A stretch of 64,000 bases of DNA from a bacterium (GCA_040754625.1 JBFMCF010000068.1:2876-66875); one strand, 5' to 3'. Numbered from the stretch's first letter, positions 10,220-20,566 are shown. Program-made: numbers and translations. Notes: generated by a model not told the origin, from the sequence alone.

Positions 10220-10227
10220 TTAAAAAA

Positions 10228-13200
10228 ATGAAACTAAAGATAACCTTTATGTTCTTATTGTTTTTCAGCGGCCGTTTCAGGATTTTGCATGCAGAAGCTC
10301 CTGTTATTGAATCGGTTACTCCGCAGACAGGCAGTATGACCTCTGCGACTGAAATAACTATTACCGGCAATAAGTTTGATAGTTCATGCAGGGTATACGT
10401 CGAAGCAGGAGGCCCGTACATGACAGGTTACATGGAAACCAAAGGATGGGCGTGCGGAGTCTATGTGTCTGGTAATTATGCATATGTGGCAGATGCATGG
10501 GCAGGATTGCAAATAATAGATATAGGGAATCCCTTTGAGCCTAAGAAGGTAAGCATGATTGATACGCCGGGTTGTGCATGCGGCATATATGTATCAGGCA
10601 ATTACGGTTATGTTGCAGATTGGGACAAAGGATTGCAGATAATTGATATAAGTAACCCTGTTAATCCCAGGATAGTAAGCGCCATAGATACTAACGGTTA
10701 TGCGGTTAAAGTATATGTATCAAGCAATTATGCGTATGTCGCAAACGAAAATAATGGGCTGCAGGTAATAGATATCAGTAATCCTTCAAAGCCAAATATA
10801 ATAAGTAAAGTGGAAATTATAGGCAACATAACAGGAATATATATAACGGGGAGTTACGCTTATGTATCAGACAAAGATACAGGATTATATATTATTGATA
10901 TAAGTAATGCAATTAATCCTTTTATCAACAGCCAGATAAATACTCCGGGCTATGCTTCCGGGGTGTATGTATCAGGCAATTATGCATATATTGCCGATGA
11001 TGTAGCAGGTCTTGAGATAATTAATATTGTTAACCCTGCAAATCCCAGCATTGAAGGCCGGATTAATATACAAGGCCATGCGGTTGGAATATCAAAAGCA
11101 GGAAATTATGTTTATGTTTTAGAACGAGAAAGCGGGCTACAGGTAATAGACATAAGCAATCCTTCCAAACCTAACATAGTAAGCAAATTTAACATAGAAG
11201 GTGCAAGAGAGATTTTTATTTCAGGCAATTTTGGTTATATTGTGGAGGGGATAGGATTAAAGATACTTAATATAGGAAATCCAATCAGCCCTAATATTAT
11301 AAACATTGTCGAGACGGATGATAAAGATTCACATATCGCCACCAAAAAATTAAAAAGTGACATAAATAAATTAAAATTTGAAGTGACGGGAGCCGTAAAG
11401 ACAGGCGGGAACGCTGTCGGAGTACATGCGGCCGGTAAATATGTTTATGTGGCGGACTGGAAAACAGGTTTTAAGACAATAGATGTGAGCAATCCTTCCA
11501 ATCCTGTCATTAGAGGCAGTGTCCAGACTGATTATGCATGGGAAATATATATATACGGTTATTACGCTTTTGTTGCGGACGGGATGTCAGGTTTAAAAAT
11601 AATAAATATCAGCAACCCGGATAATCCGGCCATAGTCGGCAGTGTCAGTACCGGGGGGAATGCGATTGGAATTTGTGTTGAAGAAAATTACGCATATGTT
11701 GCAAATGAAGGGCAGGAAATAAAAATAATAGATATAACGGATCCTGAAAACCCCGTTGTGAGTGCCAGTATAGATACTCCCGGTTACACAAACGGACTTT
11801 ATATTCTGGATAAGTTTTTGTATGTTGCGGATGGAGATAACGGTTTAGTGGTAATAGAAATAAGTGATCCTGCAAATCCTGTTGTAAAAAGCAGTATTAA
11901 TCTTTCCGGTTCGGCACGCGGAGTATGTATATCAGGTGATTATGCCTATGTTACTACTGAAAAAAAAGGACTTTTGATTGTAGATATAAGAAATCCTTAT
12001 AAGCCTGTTATACAGGGCAGTATAATCACTAATTATGCATGGGCGGTTCACGTTTTGGATAAATATGCTTATGTTGCTAATAGTTTTGGAGGATTAGCGG
12101 TAATAGATATAAGTAACCCGGTCAATCCTAAATTAGTAAAAAATATCAATATCCCAAGCAGTGCGGTTGGGGTACATGTTGTAGGTAATTATGCTTATGT
12201 TGCAAATTGGGATGCCGGATTGACAATAATAGATATCAGTTCCCTCGCTAATTTTGATATATCAAAAAATGGGAATGATGTGCATGGCCGTATAAATGGG
12301 ATATATGCGACAGATGATTATGCCTATGTAATAAATAATAATACCGGGTTAAATATCATAAAGACTGGTGATATGACCAATTCTAAGGTAATAACCAGCA
12401 TAAAAAGCCGTGACAGGGCGTTTGAAATCGATGTATCGCGTAATTATGGTTATATCGCAGACGGCAAAAATGGATTGCAAATAATAGATGTAATTAACCC
12501 TTTTGATGCCAAAATAATACAAGGCATTAATACCAGCGGCACTGCTGTTGATGTTTGTGTAGCGGATAATTACGCGTATGTCTTGAATAGTAATGGAGAT
12601 TTACAGATTATAAATATATTTAATAATATCCCTAAAATTGTCGGTATTATTAATAACAGCGGCAATGTGTATGGTATTGATGTGTCAGATAATTATATTT
12701 ATACTGCAAATGGTTTATCAGGGCTCGAAGTAACCAACATCAATGATCGTGCCAATCCAAAAATAATCGGCCATATCGATACTAAAGGTAACGCGGCCGG
12801 AGTGTTTATATCCGGTAATTATGGTTATATTGCAAACGGGAATGACGGATTTAAGATAATAGACATACGCAGCAAACCTTTGAAAAATAGAATAGTAAAC
12901 AGTATCGATACCCCGGGTTACGCGAGCGGGATTTATGTGTCCGGTGATTTTGCATATGTTGCGGATGAAAGAGGCGGGCTCCAGATAATAGACATAAACG
13001 ATCCTGGCAGTCCTGTATTGGTAAATTCTTTTGCAGCATATTACGCGTCAAAAATATTTGTATCAAATAAATATATATATGTTGCTGACGGAAGTTCTAC
13101 GTTTGTACTGCACAAATTAAGCACAAGCGCTTTTCTTCACAATGCGAAGGTAATCAATAATAAAATAATAAAAGCCGTTGTCCCAAAGGAATTGATACCG

Positions 13201-13287
13201 GGTAAATATAATATAAAAATAATTAATTCCTTAAATGAGCAGGTTGTTTTTCATAATGAGCTTGTAATTTCCTCCTCAAACAAATAA
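10228..13287 (+). CDS. Secreted LVIVD-repeat beta-propeller protein with N- and C-terminal IPT/TIG-like domains
   Basis: 1019 aa with a signal peptide. About 20 repeats (eye count) of the pattern G.A.GVYVSGNYAYVAD...GLQIIDISNP, which is the LVIVD repeat signature. They fall in two blocks separated by a linker near 11330-11390. The N-terminus reads PVIESVTPQTGSMTSATEITITGNKF (IPT-like). Confidence 0.8.
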   Translation: MKLKITFMFLLFFSGRFRILHAEAPVIESVTPQTGSMTSATEITITGNKFDSSCRVYVEAGGPYMTGYMETKGWACGVYVSGNYAYVADAWAGLQIIDIGNPFEPKKVSMIDTPGCACGIYVSGNYGYVADWDKGLQIIDISNPVNPRIVSAIDTNGYAVKVYVSSNYAYVANENNGLQVIDISNPSKPNIISKVEIIGNITGIYITGSYAYVSDKDTGLYIIDISNAINPFINSQINTPGYASGVYVSGNYAYIADDVAGLEIINIVNPANPSIEGRINIQGHAVGISKAGNYVYVLERESGLQVIDISNPSKPNIVSKFNIEGAREIFISGNFGYIVEGIGLKILNIGNPISPNIINIVETDDKDSHIATKKLKSDINKLKFEVTGAVKTGGNAVGVHAAGKYVYVADWKTGFKTIDVSNPSNPVIRGSVQTDYAWEIYIYGYYAFVADGMSGLKIINISNPDNPAIVGSVSTGGNAIGICVEENYAYVANEGQEIKIIDITDPENPVVSASIDTPGYTNGLYILDKFLYVADGDNGLVVIEISDPANPVVKSSINLSGSARGVCISGDYAYVTTEKKGLLIVDIRNPYKPVIQGSIITNYAWAVHVLDKYAYVANSFGGLAVIDISNPVNPKLVKNINIPSSAVGVHVVGNYAYVANWDAGLTIIDISSLANFDISKNGNDVHGRINGIYATDDYAYVINNNTGLNIIKTGDMTNSKVITSIKSRDRAFEIDVSRNYGYIADGKNGLQIIDVINPFDAKIIQGINTSGTAVDVCVADNYAYVLNSNGDLQIINIFNNIPKIVGIINNSGNVYGIDVSDNYIYTANGLSGLEVTNINDRANPKIIGHIDTKGNAAGVFISGNYGYIANGNDGFKIIDIRSKPLKNRIVNSIDTPGYASGIYVSGDFAYVADERGGLQIIDINDPGSPVLVNSFAAYYASKIFVSNKYIYVADGSSTFVLHKLSTSAFLHNAKVINNKIIKAVVPKELIPGKYNIKIINSLNEQVVFHNELVISSSNK

Positions 13288-13348
13288 AAATTTTTCTTCA
13301 CAATTTTTAGTCCAGCAATTTAAATCTTATGGTAAAATAGTATGCGAT

Positions 13349-14920
13349 ATGCAAAAAGAAATTAACATCCTTATAGTAGACGATGACCCCGCGTTCAGCC
13401 AGATTCTAATTGATATTTTAAAAGACGGCGGATATGAACTTAAAGCTGTTGAAAATATCGCTCTTGCCAAAAAAGAATTATCAAATAAATTTTATAATCT
13501 TGTTCTGACAGACCTCCGGCTTCCCGATGGTTCCGGGCTGGATTTAATAAAAGACATAAAAAAAATAAACGAAGACGTTTTAATAATCGTATTTACGGGA
13601 TTTGCGTCTTTGGAGACATCGATATCCGCTATGAATGAAGGCGCGTTTTCTTATATGCAAAAGCCGGTAAATATGGACGCCCTTAAGGAAATAATTAAAA
13701 AAGCGCTAAAAATGCAGGAGCTTTCTTTTAGAAATAAAGAGTTGTTAATTAAACTAAAAGAACTAAGCCTGAAAGATTCCCTGACAGGTTTATATAATTA
13801 CGGATACTTGACAGAAAGACTATCTTCCGAACTTAAAAGAGCAAGGAGATATATTCTGCCCTTCTCGATTATTATGATGGACATAGATTATTTTAAATCC
13901 ATCAATGATACTTACGGCCATGAATTCGGGGACAAAATATTGAAAGAATTATCCCAGTTTTTAAAAAATTCCGTGAGGAGCAATGATGTTGTTGTCCGGT
14001 ATGGAGGTGAGGAATTTGTTGTGCTTCTGCCTGATACAAATAAAAGCGGCGCTATTAAATTCAGCCGGCAGTTATTATCATCAATAAGAGAGCACAGTTT
14101 TGGCGGTAGAGAAAAAAATATAAAAATTAAAGTGAGTATGGGGATAGTGAGTTTCCCGGATGACGGAATTGATAAAGATTCTGATTTTTTGAATTTGGTT
14201 GATCGCGTGGTGCGCTATATTAAAGAAACAGGGGGAGACAGGTTATCCACCTTTGAAATGATAGATACGAAAGACTTGAAATCTGTCGACGTGGATAGCA
14301 GTTCCATCACCGTGAATAAATTGAAACAAAAACTTTCAAGGATGGAAAAAAGGGTAAACCAGGCTTTGCTGGAATCGCTTTATAGTTTTGCAAAAACGGC
14401 AGGGTTAAAAGATTCTTATAGCAATGACCATGCTGATAAAATGATTTCAATAGTTACAAGGATAGGAAAAAGGTTTAATCTTTCTAACAGGGAAATGGAA
14501 ATTTTAAAACAGGCGGCTGTGCTCCATGACCTTGGCAAGGTGGCTATTCCCGAAAAAATTTTACAGAAGAACGGAAAAATTAATAAAAAAGAATATGCCA
14601 GGGTAAAAAAACACCCGGAGATCGGAGCGAATATTATTAAAAATGTTAAATTTTTACATGAAATTGTTCCGATAGTGCATTGTCATCATGAAAGGTTTGA
14701 TGATTTGGAGTATCCAAAACGCAAGGGGTGTAAAAATATACCCCTTGGCGCGAAAATAGTGGGTATCGCAGATATATACCTGGCGCTGGTTTCTGACAGG
14801 CCGTATAGGAAAGCTTTTAGTAAGAAAGAGGCATTAGAGATAATTAGACAAAATTCCGGCAGGCAATTTGACCCAAAAATAGTTAAAGTATTTTTAAAAA
14901 TTTTGCAGTCAAAAGAATAG
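13349..14920 (+). CDS. Response regulator with REC + GGDEF + HD-GYP-like domains (c-di-GMP turnover)
   Basis: REC: ILIVDDD...LVLTDLRLPDGSG. GGDEF: RYGGEEFVVLL with an intact GGEEF. HD domain: HDLGKVAIPEKIL ... HCHHERFDDLEYPKRKG, where EYP replaces the canonical GYP and DD replaces DG. Confidence 0.85.
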   Translation: MQKEINILIVDDDPAFSQILIDILKDGGYELKAVENIALAKKELSNKFYNLVLTDLRLPDGSGLDLIKDIKKINEDVLIIVFTGFASLETSISAMNEGAFSYMQKPVNMDALKEIIKKALKMQELSFRNKELLIKLKELSLKDSLTGLYNYGYLTERLSSELKRARRYILPFSIIMMDIDYFKSINDTYGHEFGDKILKELSQFLKNSVRSNDVVVRYGGEEFVVLLPDTNKSGAIKFSRQLLSSIREHSFGGREKNIKIKVSMGIVSFPDDGIDKDSDFLNLVDRVVRYIKETGGDRLSTFEMIDTKDLKSVDVDSSSITVNKLKQKLSRMEKRVNQALLESLYSFAKTAGLKDSYSNDHADKMISIVTRIGKRFNLSNREMEILKQAAVLHDLGKVAIPEKILQKNGKINKKEYARVKKHPEIGANIIKNVKFLHEIVPIVHCHHERFDDLEYPKRKGCKNIPLGAKIVGIADIYLALVSDRPYRKAFSKKEALEIIRQNSGRQFDPKIVKVFLKILQSKE

Positions 14921-14964
14921 AAGAAGAAAATATCAGCTAAAAATTGATAAGGAAGGGATGCAGG

Positions 14965-15246
14965 ATGTCTTACGAAAAGATTTCTATTCCCGACTATGAA
15001 ATTATTGAAAGATTAGGAGAAAGCCCTCAATCAGTTGTTTACAAGGCCTTCCATAGAAAAGACCTGCGGAAATTACTCGCAATCATGGTACTTAATGCCA
15101 AAGCACTGAGAATAAGTTACTCTGTTGAATATCAGAAATTACATTTCAGGCAGAAAATAAAGAGACAACGTTTTGAAACGGCAATGGCTGGTCCTTTGCC
15201 CCTGGGTTGTTATGACAAAAAAGTCAAATATAAAACAAAATATTGA
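14965..15246 (+). pseudogene. Relic N-terminal fragment of a Ser/Thr protein-kinase domain (remnant of a kinase-AAA-GAF-HK fusion)
   Basis: MSYEKISIPDYEIIERLGESPQSVVYKAFHRKD..LLAIMVLNAKAL resembles kinase subdomains I-II (glycine loop, then VAIK with K replaced by M). It then ends after about 90 aa with no catalytic loop. Its 3' end overlaps, out of frame, the start of the GAF-HK gene. Confidence 0.45.
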
Positions 15247-16522
15247 TATAGATTATCTTATAAAATCCAGCCTTACTATCCCCGCTGAGACAGAGAAAAA
15301 GGTTGTCTTGCATAAAATAATGAATGTTGTTTTGAAAAGTTCAGGGGCTCAGTCCGGATATTTGATTATGGCAGAAAATGGCGAATTGATCATACGGGCG
15401 GGAAGCTGTCCGGGTGAGAAAAATACGGTAAAAACGCTCAATCTGAAATTTGAAAATTGCAGTTATTTATGCCATGCAATTGTCCGTTACGTACAATGCA
15501 AAAAAGAAACGCTAATCCTTGAAAATGCTTCTAAAAAGGGAAAATTTAAGGACGATGCCGAGGTTTTGGATATGAAATTAAAATCGGTTTTATGCATTCC
15601 TGTGATTAATCAAAACAATTTAATCGGGATACTATATCTTGAGAACCGCCTGTCAGATTCGGTTTTTACAAAAGAGAGGGTGGATTTGACAAAGTTATTT
15701 ACTTATGAAGCCGCTATTTCTCTTGAAAACTCGAGATTATTGGAAAAGATGAAACAGGCGGAAGGCGAGCTTAGCCGGCATCGTGAACATCTGGAAGAAA
15801 TGGTCAGGGAACGGACGGGACAATTGCAAAAAACACAGGAAAATTTACTTATTGCCAAACGGCTGGCTTCACTCGGGAAACTGGCCGGAAGTATTTCTCA
15901 CGAGATACGGAACCCTCTTAACGTTATAAGCACTTCGGCATATTATCTTAAAATGAAACTAAATATAACGGACGAAAGGATAAGAAAACGTATTGAATTT
16001 ATCGAATCCGAGGTAAAAAAAACCATTAATATTATTGATACGGTTTTGAGCCTTTCCGGCATGAAAGAACCGAAGAAGGAACGCATAGGTATTGTTAATA
16101 CTTTAAACGACGCTGTTAGTGATTCAAAAATACCTGATTCTATTGAAGTGGTTAAAAAAATACCTTCTGATGAAATTTTTATATTCGCGGATGAAGAACA
16201 GCTCAATATTGCATTTACCAATATTATAAGAAATGCCATGGATGCGATGAATAACAAAGGCAGGCTTGTTTTAGAAGTTGAAAAAACAAATGATGAAAAT
16301 GTGAAAATATCATTTAAAGATACAGGGCCGGGTATAGAATATGAAAATATTGATAAGCTGTTTCAGCCTCTATATACTACTAAAGCGCGCGGGTTCGGTT
16401 TTGGGCTTTCAATATGTAAAATGATTGTTGATAAACATAACGGCAGGGTTGAAATCAATTCCAGGCGCGGTAAAGGGACAACTGTTATTTTAATATTCCC
16501 GTTGGAACCGGTTTTGAAATGA
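15212..16522 (+). CDS. GAF-domain sensor histidine kinase
   Basis: GAF: LHKIMNVVLKSSGAQSGYLIM...LYLENR. HisKA H-box: GSISHEIRNPLN. HATPase_c N/G boxes: IIRNAMDAM, DTGPGI, GFGFGLSICK. The ORF track opens at TTG 15173; the first ATG is 15212. Confidence 0.85.
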   Translation: MTKKSNIKQNIDIDYLIKSSLTIPAETEKKVVLHKIMNVVLKSSGAQSGYLIMAENGELIIRAGSCPGEKNTVKTLNLKFENCSYLCHAIVRYVQCKKETLILENASKKGKFKDDAEVLDMKLKSVLCIPVINQNNLIGILYLENRLSDSVFTKERVDLTKLFTYEAAISLENSRLLEKMKQAEGELSRHREHLEEMVRERTGQLQKTQENLLIAKRLASLGKLAGSISHEIRNPLNVISTSAYYLKMKLNITDERIRKRIEFIESEVKKTINIIDTVLSLSGMKEPKKERIGIVNTLNDAVSDSKIPDSIEVVKKIPSDEIFIFADEEQLNIAFTNIIRNAMDAMNNKGRLVLEVEKTNDENVKISFKDTGPGIEYENIDKLFQPLYTTKARGFGFGLSICKMIVDKHNGRVEINSRRGKGTTVILIFPLEPVLK

Positions 16523-17937
16523 GGACATATATGTTGCTGGACTTCTTTACTTATAATTTAACTATAATATTTTTTGTATACGGCCTGGCGTTTTATGTCA
16601 TGGGTGTGTCTATTTTAATCCAGCCAAGGAAAGAGGAAAGCAGTTTCAAGCTGTCGGAATTTGTATGGCTTTTGGGCGCGTTTGGAATAAGCCATGGAAT
16701 AAACGAATGGCTGGATATGTTTATTCTTGCAACGAGTTATGATTTAATAATATGGAGGGAAATGCGGCTGGCTCTTTTGACTGTTTCATTTGTATTTTTA
16801 TTTGAATTCGGCCTCAGGTTAAATTGTTTTAAAACCAGATTTTTTGACTGGCGGGTTACCCTTTTTATGTGCGCGGTTACAGCCGTTTTTATTTTTACAT
16901 CCGGGGATGAACCGGCTATCTGGACCAGATATTTTTTAACCCTCCCGGCTGGTTTGTTGTCGGCGTTTGGATTTTTCCGGTATTACCGTGAAAATTCACA
17001 TTACTTAAAAAAATTCAACGTAGGCAAATATTTTTTATGGGCGTCTGCCTCTGTCGGGGTTTATGCAGTTCTTGCCGGAGTTATTGTTCCGAAAGGAAGC
17101 TTTTTCCCGGCGTCTCTTGTGAATAATACTTCTTTTTTAAAATTTTTTGGAATACCTGTTGAGATATTCAGGGCAATCTGCGCTATTATTTTATCTCGCG
17201 CTGTATGGAATATCCTGCATATTTTTAACCGTGAAATTATTTTAAATCTGAAGGACAGCCTCGAAAAATTGGCGCATTCTGAAAATCTCGCGGCCATGGG
17301 AAAATTCGCGGGCATAATGGGGCATGAGTTTAGAAACCAGTTGAGTGTGATGAAGAGCTCTTTGTATTTTTTGAAAATGAAATTTGGAGACGGGGACAAT
17401 AAAACAAAAAAGCATTTAGAGAGATTGGATAAACAAATCGCGGAGGCAAATACTATCATTGAGGATATTTTAATGTTTGCAAAAAGCCGCCAGATAGATT
17501 TTAAAGATGTGGATATCAGAAATATTTTGCTGACTACTGTCAGCTCGGTTCAAAAAGATGAAAAAATTAAAGTAATTACAGAAATAGATAAAAATTTACC
17601 CCATATAAAAGGAGATGAAATAAAGCTTGGTAGGTGTTTCTGGAACATTGTTTTAAATGCCGTGCAGGCAATGGATGGCGCGGGGAAATTACTTGTATCA
17701 GCCGATACAACGGGTAATTTTGTAAATATTTTATTTAAAGATACGGGGTGCGGCATAAAACCAGATGATATGGAAAGGGTTTTTGACCCGTTTTTTTCCA
17801 CCAAAAAAGGAGGAACGGGGCTTGGACTTGCCATATGCAGGACTGTAATAGGGGCGCATAACGGCATAATCGATATTAAAAGTGAATTTGATAAAGGGAC
17901 AACTGTTAAAATAACACTTCCGATTGTTCAAAACTAA
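16519..17937 (+). CDS. Membrane-bound sensor histidine kinase (multi-TM N-terminal sensor)
   Basis: About 6 predicted TM helices. H-box GIMGHEFRNQLS and ATP-binding boxes NAVQAM, DTGCGI, GGTGLGLAICR. ATGA overlap with the upstream HK stop (16519-16522). Confidence 0.85.
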   Translation: MRTYMLLDFFTYNLTIIFFVYGLAFYVMGVSILIQPRKEESSFKLSEFVWLLGAFGISHGINEWLDMFILATSYDLIIWREMRLALLTVSFVFLFEFGLRLNCFKTRFFDWRVTLFMCAVTAVFIFTSGDEPAIWTRYFLTLPAGLLSAFGFFRYYRENSHYLKKFNVGKYFLWASASVGVYAVLAGVIVPKGSFFPASLVNNTSFLKFFGIPVEIFRAICAIILSRAVWNILHIFNREIILNLKDSLEKLAHSENLAAMGKFAGIMGHEFRNQLSVMKSSLYFLKMKFGDGDNKTKKHLERLDKQIAEANTIIEDILMFAKSRQIDFKDVDIRNILLTTVSSVQKDEKIKVITEIDKNLPHIKGDEIKLGRCFWNIVLNAVQAMDGAGKLLVSADTTGNFVNILFKDTGCGIKPDDMERVFDPFFSTKKGGTGLGLAICRTVIGAHNGIIDIKSEFDKGTTVKITLPIVQN

Positions 17938-17949
17938 AGGAGGCAAATT

Positions 17950-18312
17950 GTGGCAACAAAATTAAAAGTGCTTATTGTAGATGACAATGAAAGATTTTGC
18001 AACAATATTGTGGATATTCTTGAGTTAAAAGGCTATGATATTTCAGGTGTTTACGACGGGTATCAGGCTGTCGAGGCCGTTAAAAAACAAAAATTTGATA
18101 TTGTGCTTATGGACATTAAAATGCCAGGGATGAATGGCGTTGATACAGTGAAAATGTTAAGAACCATTGACCCTGACATTAATATTGTAATGATAACGGC
18201 CTTTGCCGATGATAGTGTTTATAAGGATGAATTAAAAAATAGCAACCTGAAGATCATGCAGAAGCCAATGGACATTGATAAATTATGTACGGTGCTGGAA
18301 TCTTTAAATTGA
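17950..18312 (+). CDS. Single-domain response regulator (CheY-like receiver)
   Basis: 120 aa with a GTG start. Contains LIVDDN...DIVLMDIKMPGMNG...ITAF...K. GGAGG RBS at 17938-17942. Confidence 0.85.
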   Translation: MATKLKVLIVDDNERFCNNIVDILELKGYDISGVYDGYQAVEAVKKQKFDIVLMDIKMPGMNGVDTVKMLRTIDPDINIVMITAFADDSVYKDELKNSNLKIMQKPMDIDKLCTVLESLN

Positions 18313-18397
18313 AAACCCCGCTGAATGGCCCCTTGCTTTCATGGATTCCCATAAATTAAACTTTGACATCTTTTTTTTTTTAGGGTATATTTATTTT

Positions 18398-20524
18398 ATG
18401 AATTTGCAGAATTTATTGGAAAAAATCCAGGAGATCAACCCCCACGCTGATTTGACCCTTGTTAAACTTTCCTGTAATATCGCTGAAAAGACCCACAGGG
18501 AGCAGAAGAGGGAATCAGGTGAACCATATCTTGTCCATCCTCTTCGCGTGGCGGAAATTTTAGCCAACTGGGATATGGATATTGTTACTATTTCCGCCGG
18601 ATTACTGCATGATATTCTGGAAGAGTCTTTGATTAAACCCGAGGAAATCAGAAGATACCTGGGGGACGAGGTTACACATTTAGTGGAGGGTGTAACTAAA
18701 ATAAGCAAGCTGGAACTGCCTTCTTTTGAAGAGCGCCAGGCTGAGAACCTGCGCAAGATGCTTTTGGCCATGACCCAGGATATTCGTGTTATTCTTATTA
18801 AATTGGCGGACCGTCTTGATAATATGAGGACTTTGGAATTTTTATCCCCTCAAAGGCAGAAAAAGATCGCGCAGGAGACCCTCGATATTTACGCGCCCAT
18901 AGCCCATCGCATGGGTATGGGAAAGGTTATGTCTGAACTCGAGGACTTGAGCTTCAGGATATTAGAACCAAAAGGCTATAATGATTTAAGTGAAAGAGTA
19001 AATAAAAAAAGAGAAGAAAGAGAAAATAAAATCCAGGAGATTATAAATAACATTACGAAGAAAATGGAGGAAGTGCATATTAAGGCCAGGATAACAGGCA
19101 GGGCAAAGCATTACTACAGCATATATAAAAAAGTGCATAATGAAGGCAGGAATTTTTCAGATATTTATGACCTTACGGCAGTGCGTATCATAACAGAGTC
19201 GGTCAAGGATTGTTACGCAGCATTGGGAATTGTTCATACCATGTGGAAACCCGTTCCCGGCCGGTTTAAAGATTATATAGCCATGCCGAAATCCAATATG
19301 TATCAGTCCCTGCATACTACGATATTGGATAACCACGGGGAGGCGTTTGAGATCCAGATTAGAACGGAAGAAATGCATAAGATTGCGGAATATGGTATAG
19401 CCGCACATTGGAAGTATAAAGAGAAAAAAGGTGTTGCTGAAAGTGATGACCAGAAATTTGCATGGATTAGCCAGCTCCTGGAATTGCCTCCTGATAAAAA
19501 GGATCCGAATGAACTGATTCGCAGCCTCAAGGTGGACCTTTATCAAAACGAGGTTTTTGTTTTTACCCCTAAAGGCGCCGTGAAAAATCTCCCTCAGGGA
19601 TCAAATGTCATAGATTTTGCATACGCGGTCCACACGGACGTAGGGCATAATTGTGTTGGTGCAAAGGTAAACGGCAGGATTGTGCCTTTAAAGTATAAAT
19701 TAAAGAACGGAGACATTATCAATGTTTTAACTATGCCGACACACCGTCCCAGCCGTGACTGGCTGAAGATAGTCAAGACAAGCAAAGCCCGGACCAAGAT
19801 CCGGCAATGGTTTAAATCCCAGGCGGAAGATGAGACTATAAACCAGGGTAAAGAAATTTTAGAGCGTGAGCTGAAAAAGGAAAATACAAACCTTGCTAAT
19901 TATATAAAATCCGGCGAACTTTTAAAGGTTACCCAGGAGTTTAAACTTAAAAATATTAATGAGCTTTTTACAAATGTTGGTTACGGAGAATTGTCTGTCC
20001 GGCAGGTAATTAACCGCCTTTTACCTAACAGGGTTTCTATAAACGCAAAGACCGGCGCGCCTTTTAAAAAGGAATCCAGCGGGATAGTAATTGAAGGCAT
20101 GGATAATTGTCTTGTTCATTTCAGCCGCTGTTGCAGCCCGATTCCCGGTGATTCAATAGTGGGTTTTATCACCCGCGGCCGCGGGGTTTCCATACATCGC
20201 AAGGATTGTCCGAATTTGTTTAGTTTCAGTTTACAGCCGGAGAGAAAGGTCAACATCAAATGGGATTCAGCGAAGGTTTCAACTTATGAAGTAAATATAG
20301 ATATACTTGCGTATAACCGGGTCAAATTGCTGGCTGATATTTCTTCGGCGATATCCGAGATGGATACTGCTATCAATTTTGCTTCTGCGCAGGCGGTGCA
20401 GAATAATTTAGCCAATGCAAGATTTGTGGTTGAAATAAAAAATCATGACCACCTTAATCAGGTAATAGAAAATATCAAAAAGATTAAAGATGTAATTAAG
20501 GTTACAAGATCGGAACCGAAATAG
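18398..20524 (+). CDS. rel: Bifunctional (p)ppGpp synthetase/hydrolase, RelA/SpoT family
   Basis: HD hydrolase domain (HPLRVA...GLLHDILEES). Synthetase motifs (RAKHYYSIYKK, DLTAVRII, YIAMPKSNMYQSLHTT, EIQIRT..MH). TGS and ACT C-terminal domains. The track ORF opens at 18341; ATG 18398 (MNLQNLLEKI) matches the usual N-terminus. Confidence 0.9.
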   Translation: MNLQNLLEKIQEINPHADLTLVKLSCNIAEKTHREQKRESGEPYLVHPLRVAEILANWDMDIVTISAGLLHDILEESLIKPEEIRRYLGDEVTHLVEGVTKISKLELPSFEERQAENLRKMLLAMTQDIRVILIKLADRLDNMRTLEFLSPQRQKKIAQETLDIYAPIAHRMGMGKVMSELEDLSFRILEPKGYNDLSERVNKKREERENKIQEIINNITKKMEEVHIKARITGRAKHYYSIYKKVHNEGRNFSDIYDLTAVRIITESVKDCYAALGIVHTMWKPVPGRFKDYIAMPKSNMYQSLHTTILDNHGEAFEIQIRTEEMHKIAEYGIAAHWKYKEKKGVAESDDQKFAWISQLLELPPDKKDPNELIRSLKVDLYQNEVFVFTPKGAVKNLPQGSNVIDFAYAVHTDVGHNCVGAKVNGRIVPLKYKLKNGDIINVLTMPTHRPSRDWLKIVKTSKARTKIRQWFKSQAEDETINQGKEILERELKKENTNLANYIKSGELLKVTQEFKLKNINELFTNVGYGELSVRQVINRLLPNRVSINAKTGAPFKKESSGIVIEGMDNCLVHFSRCCSPIPGDSIVGFITRGRGVSIHRKDCPNLFSFSLQPERKVNIKWDSAKVSTYEVNIDILAYNRVKLLADISSAISEMDTAINFASAQAVQNNLANARFVVEIKNHDHLNQVIENIKKIKDVIKVTRSEPK

Positions 20525-20566
20525 CGCTGAAAAGGGGAAGGCTGAAGGATAAACCTGATATTGAAA

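Noticed and set aside
14944-15246. Annotating the 100-aa ORF as a functional small protein kinase
   Set aside because: It has only the glycine-loop and beta3 region, the invariant Lys is replaced, and the catalytic and activation loops are absent. A pseudogene fragment is the more likely reading.
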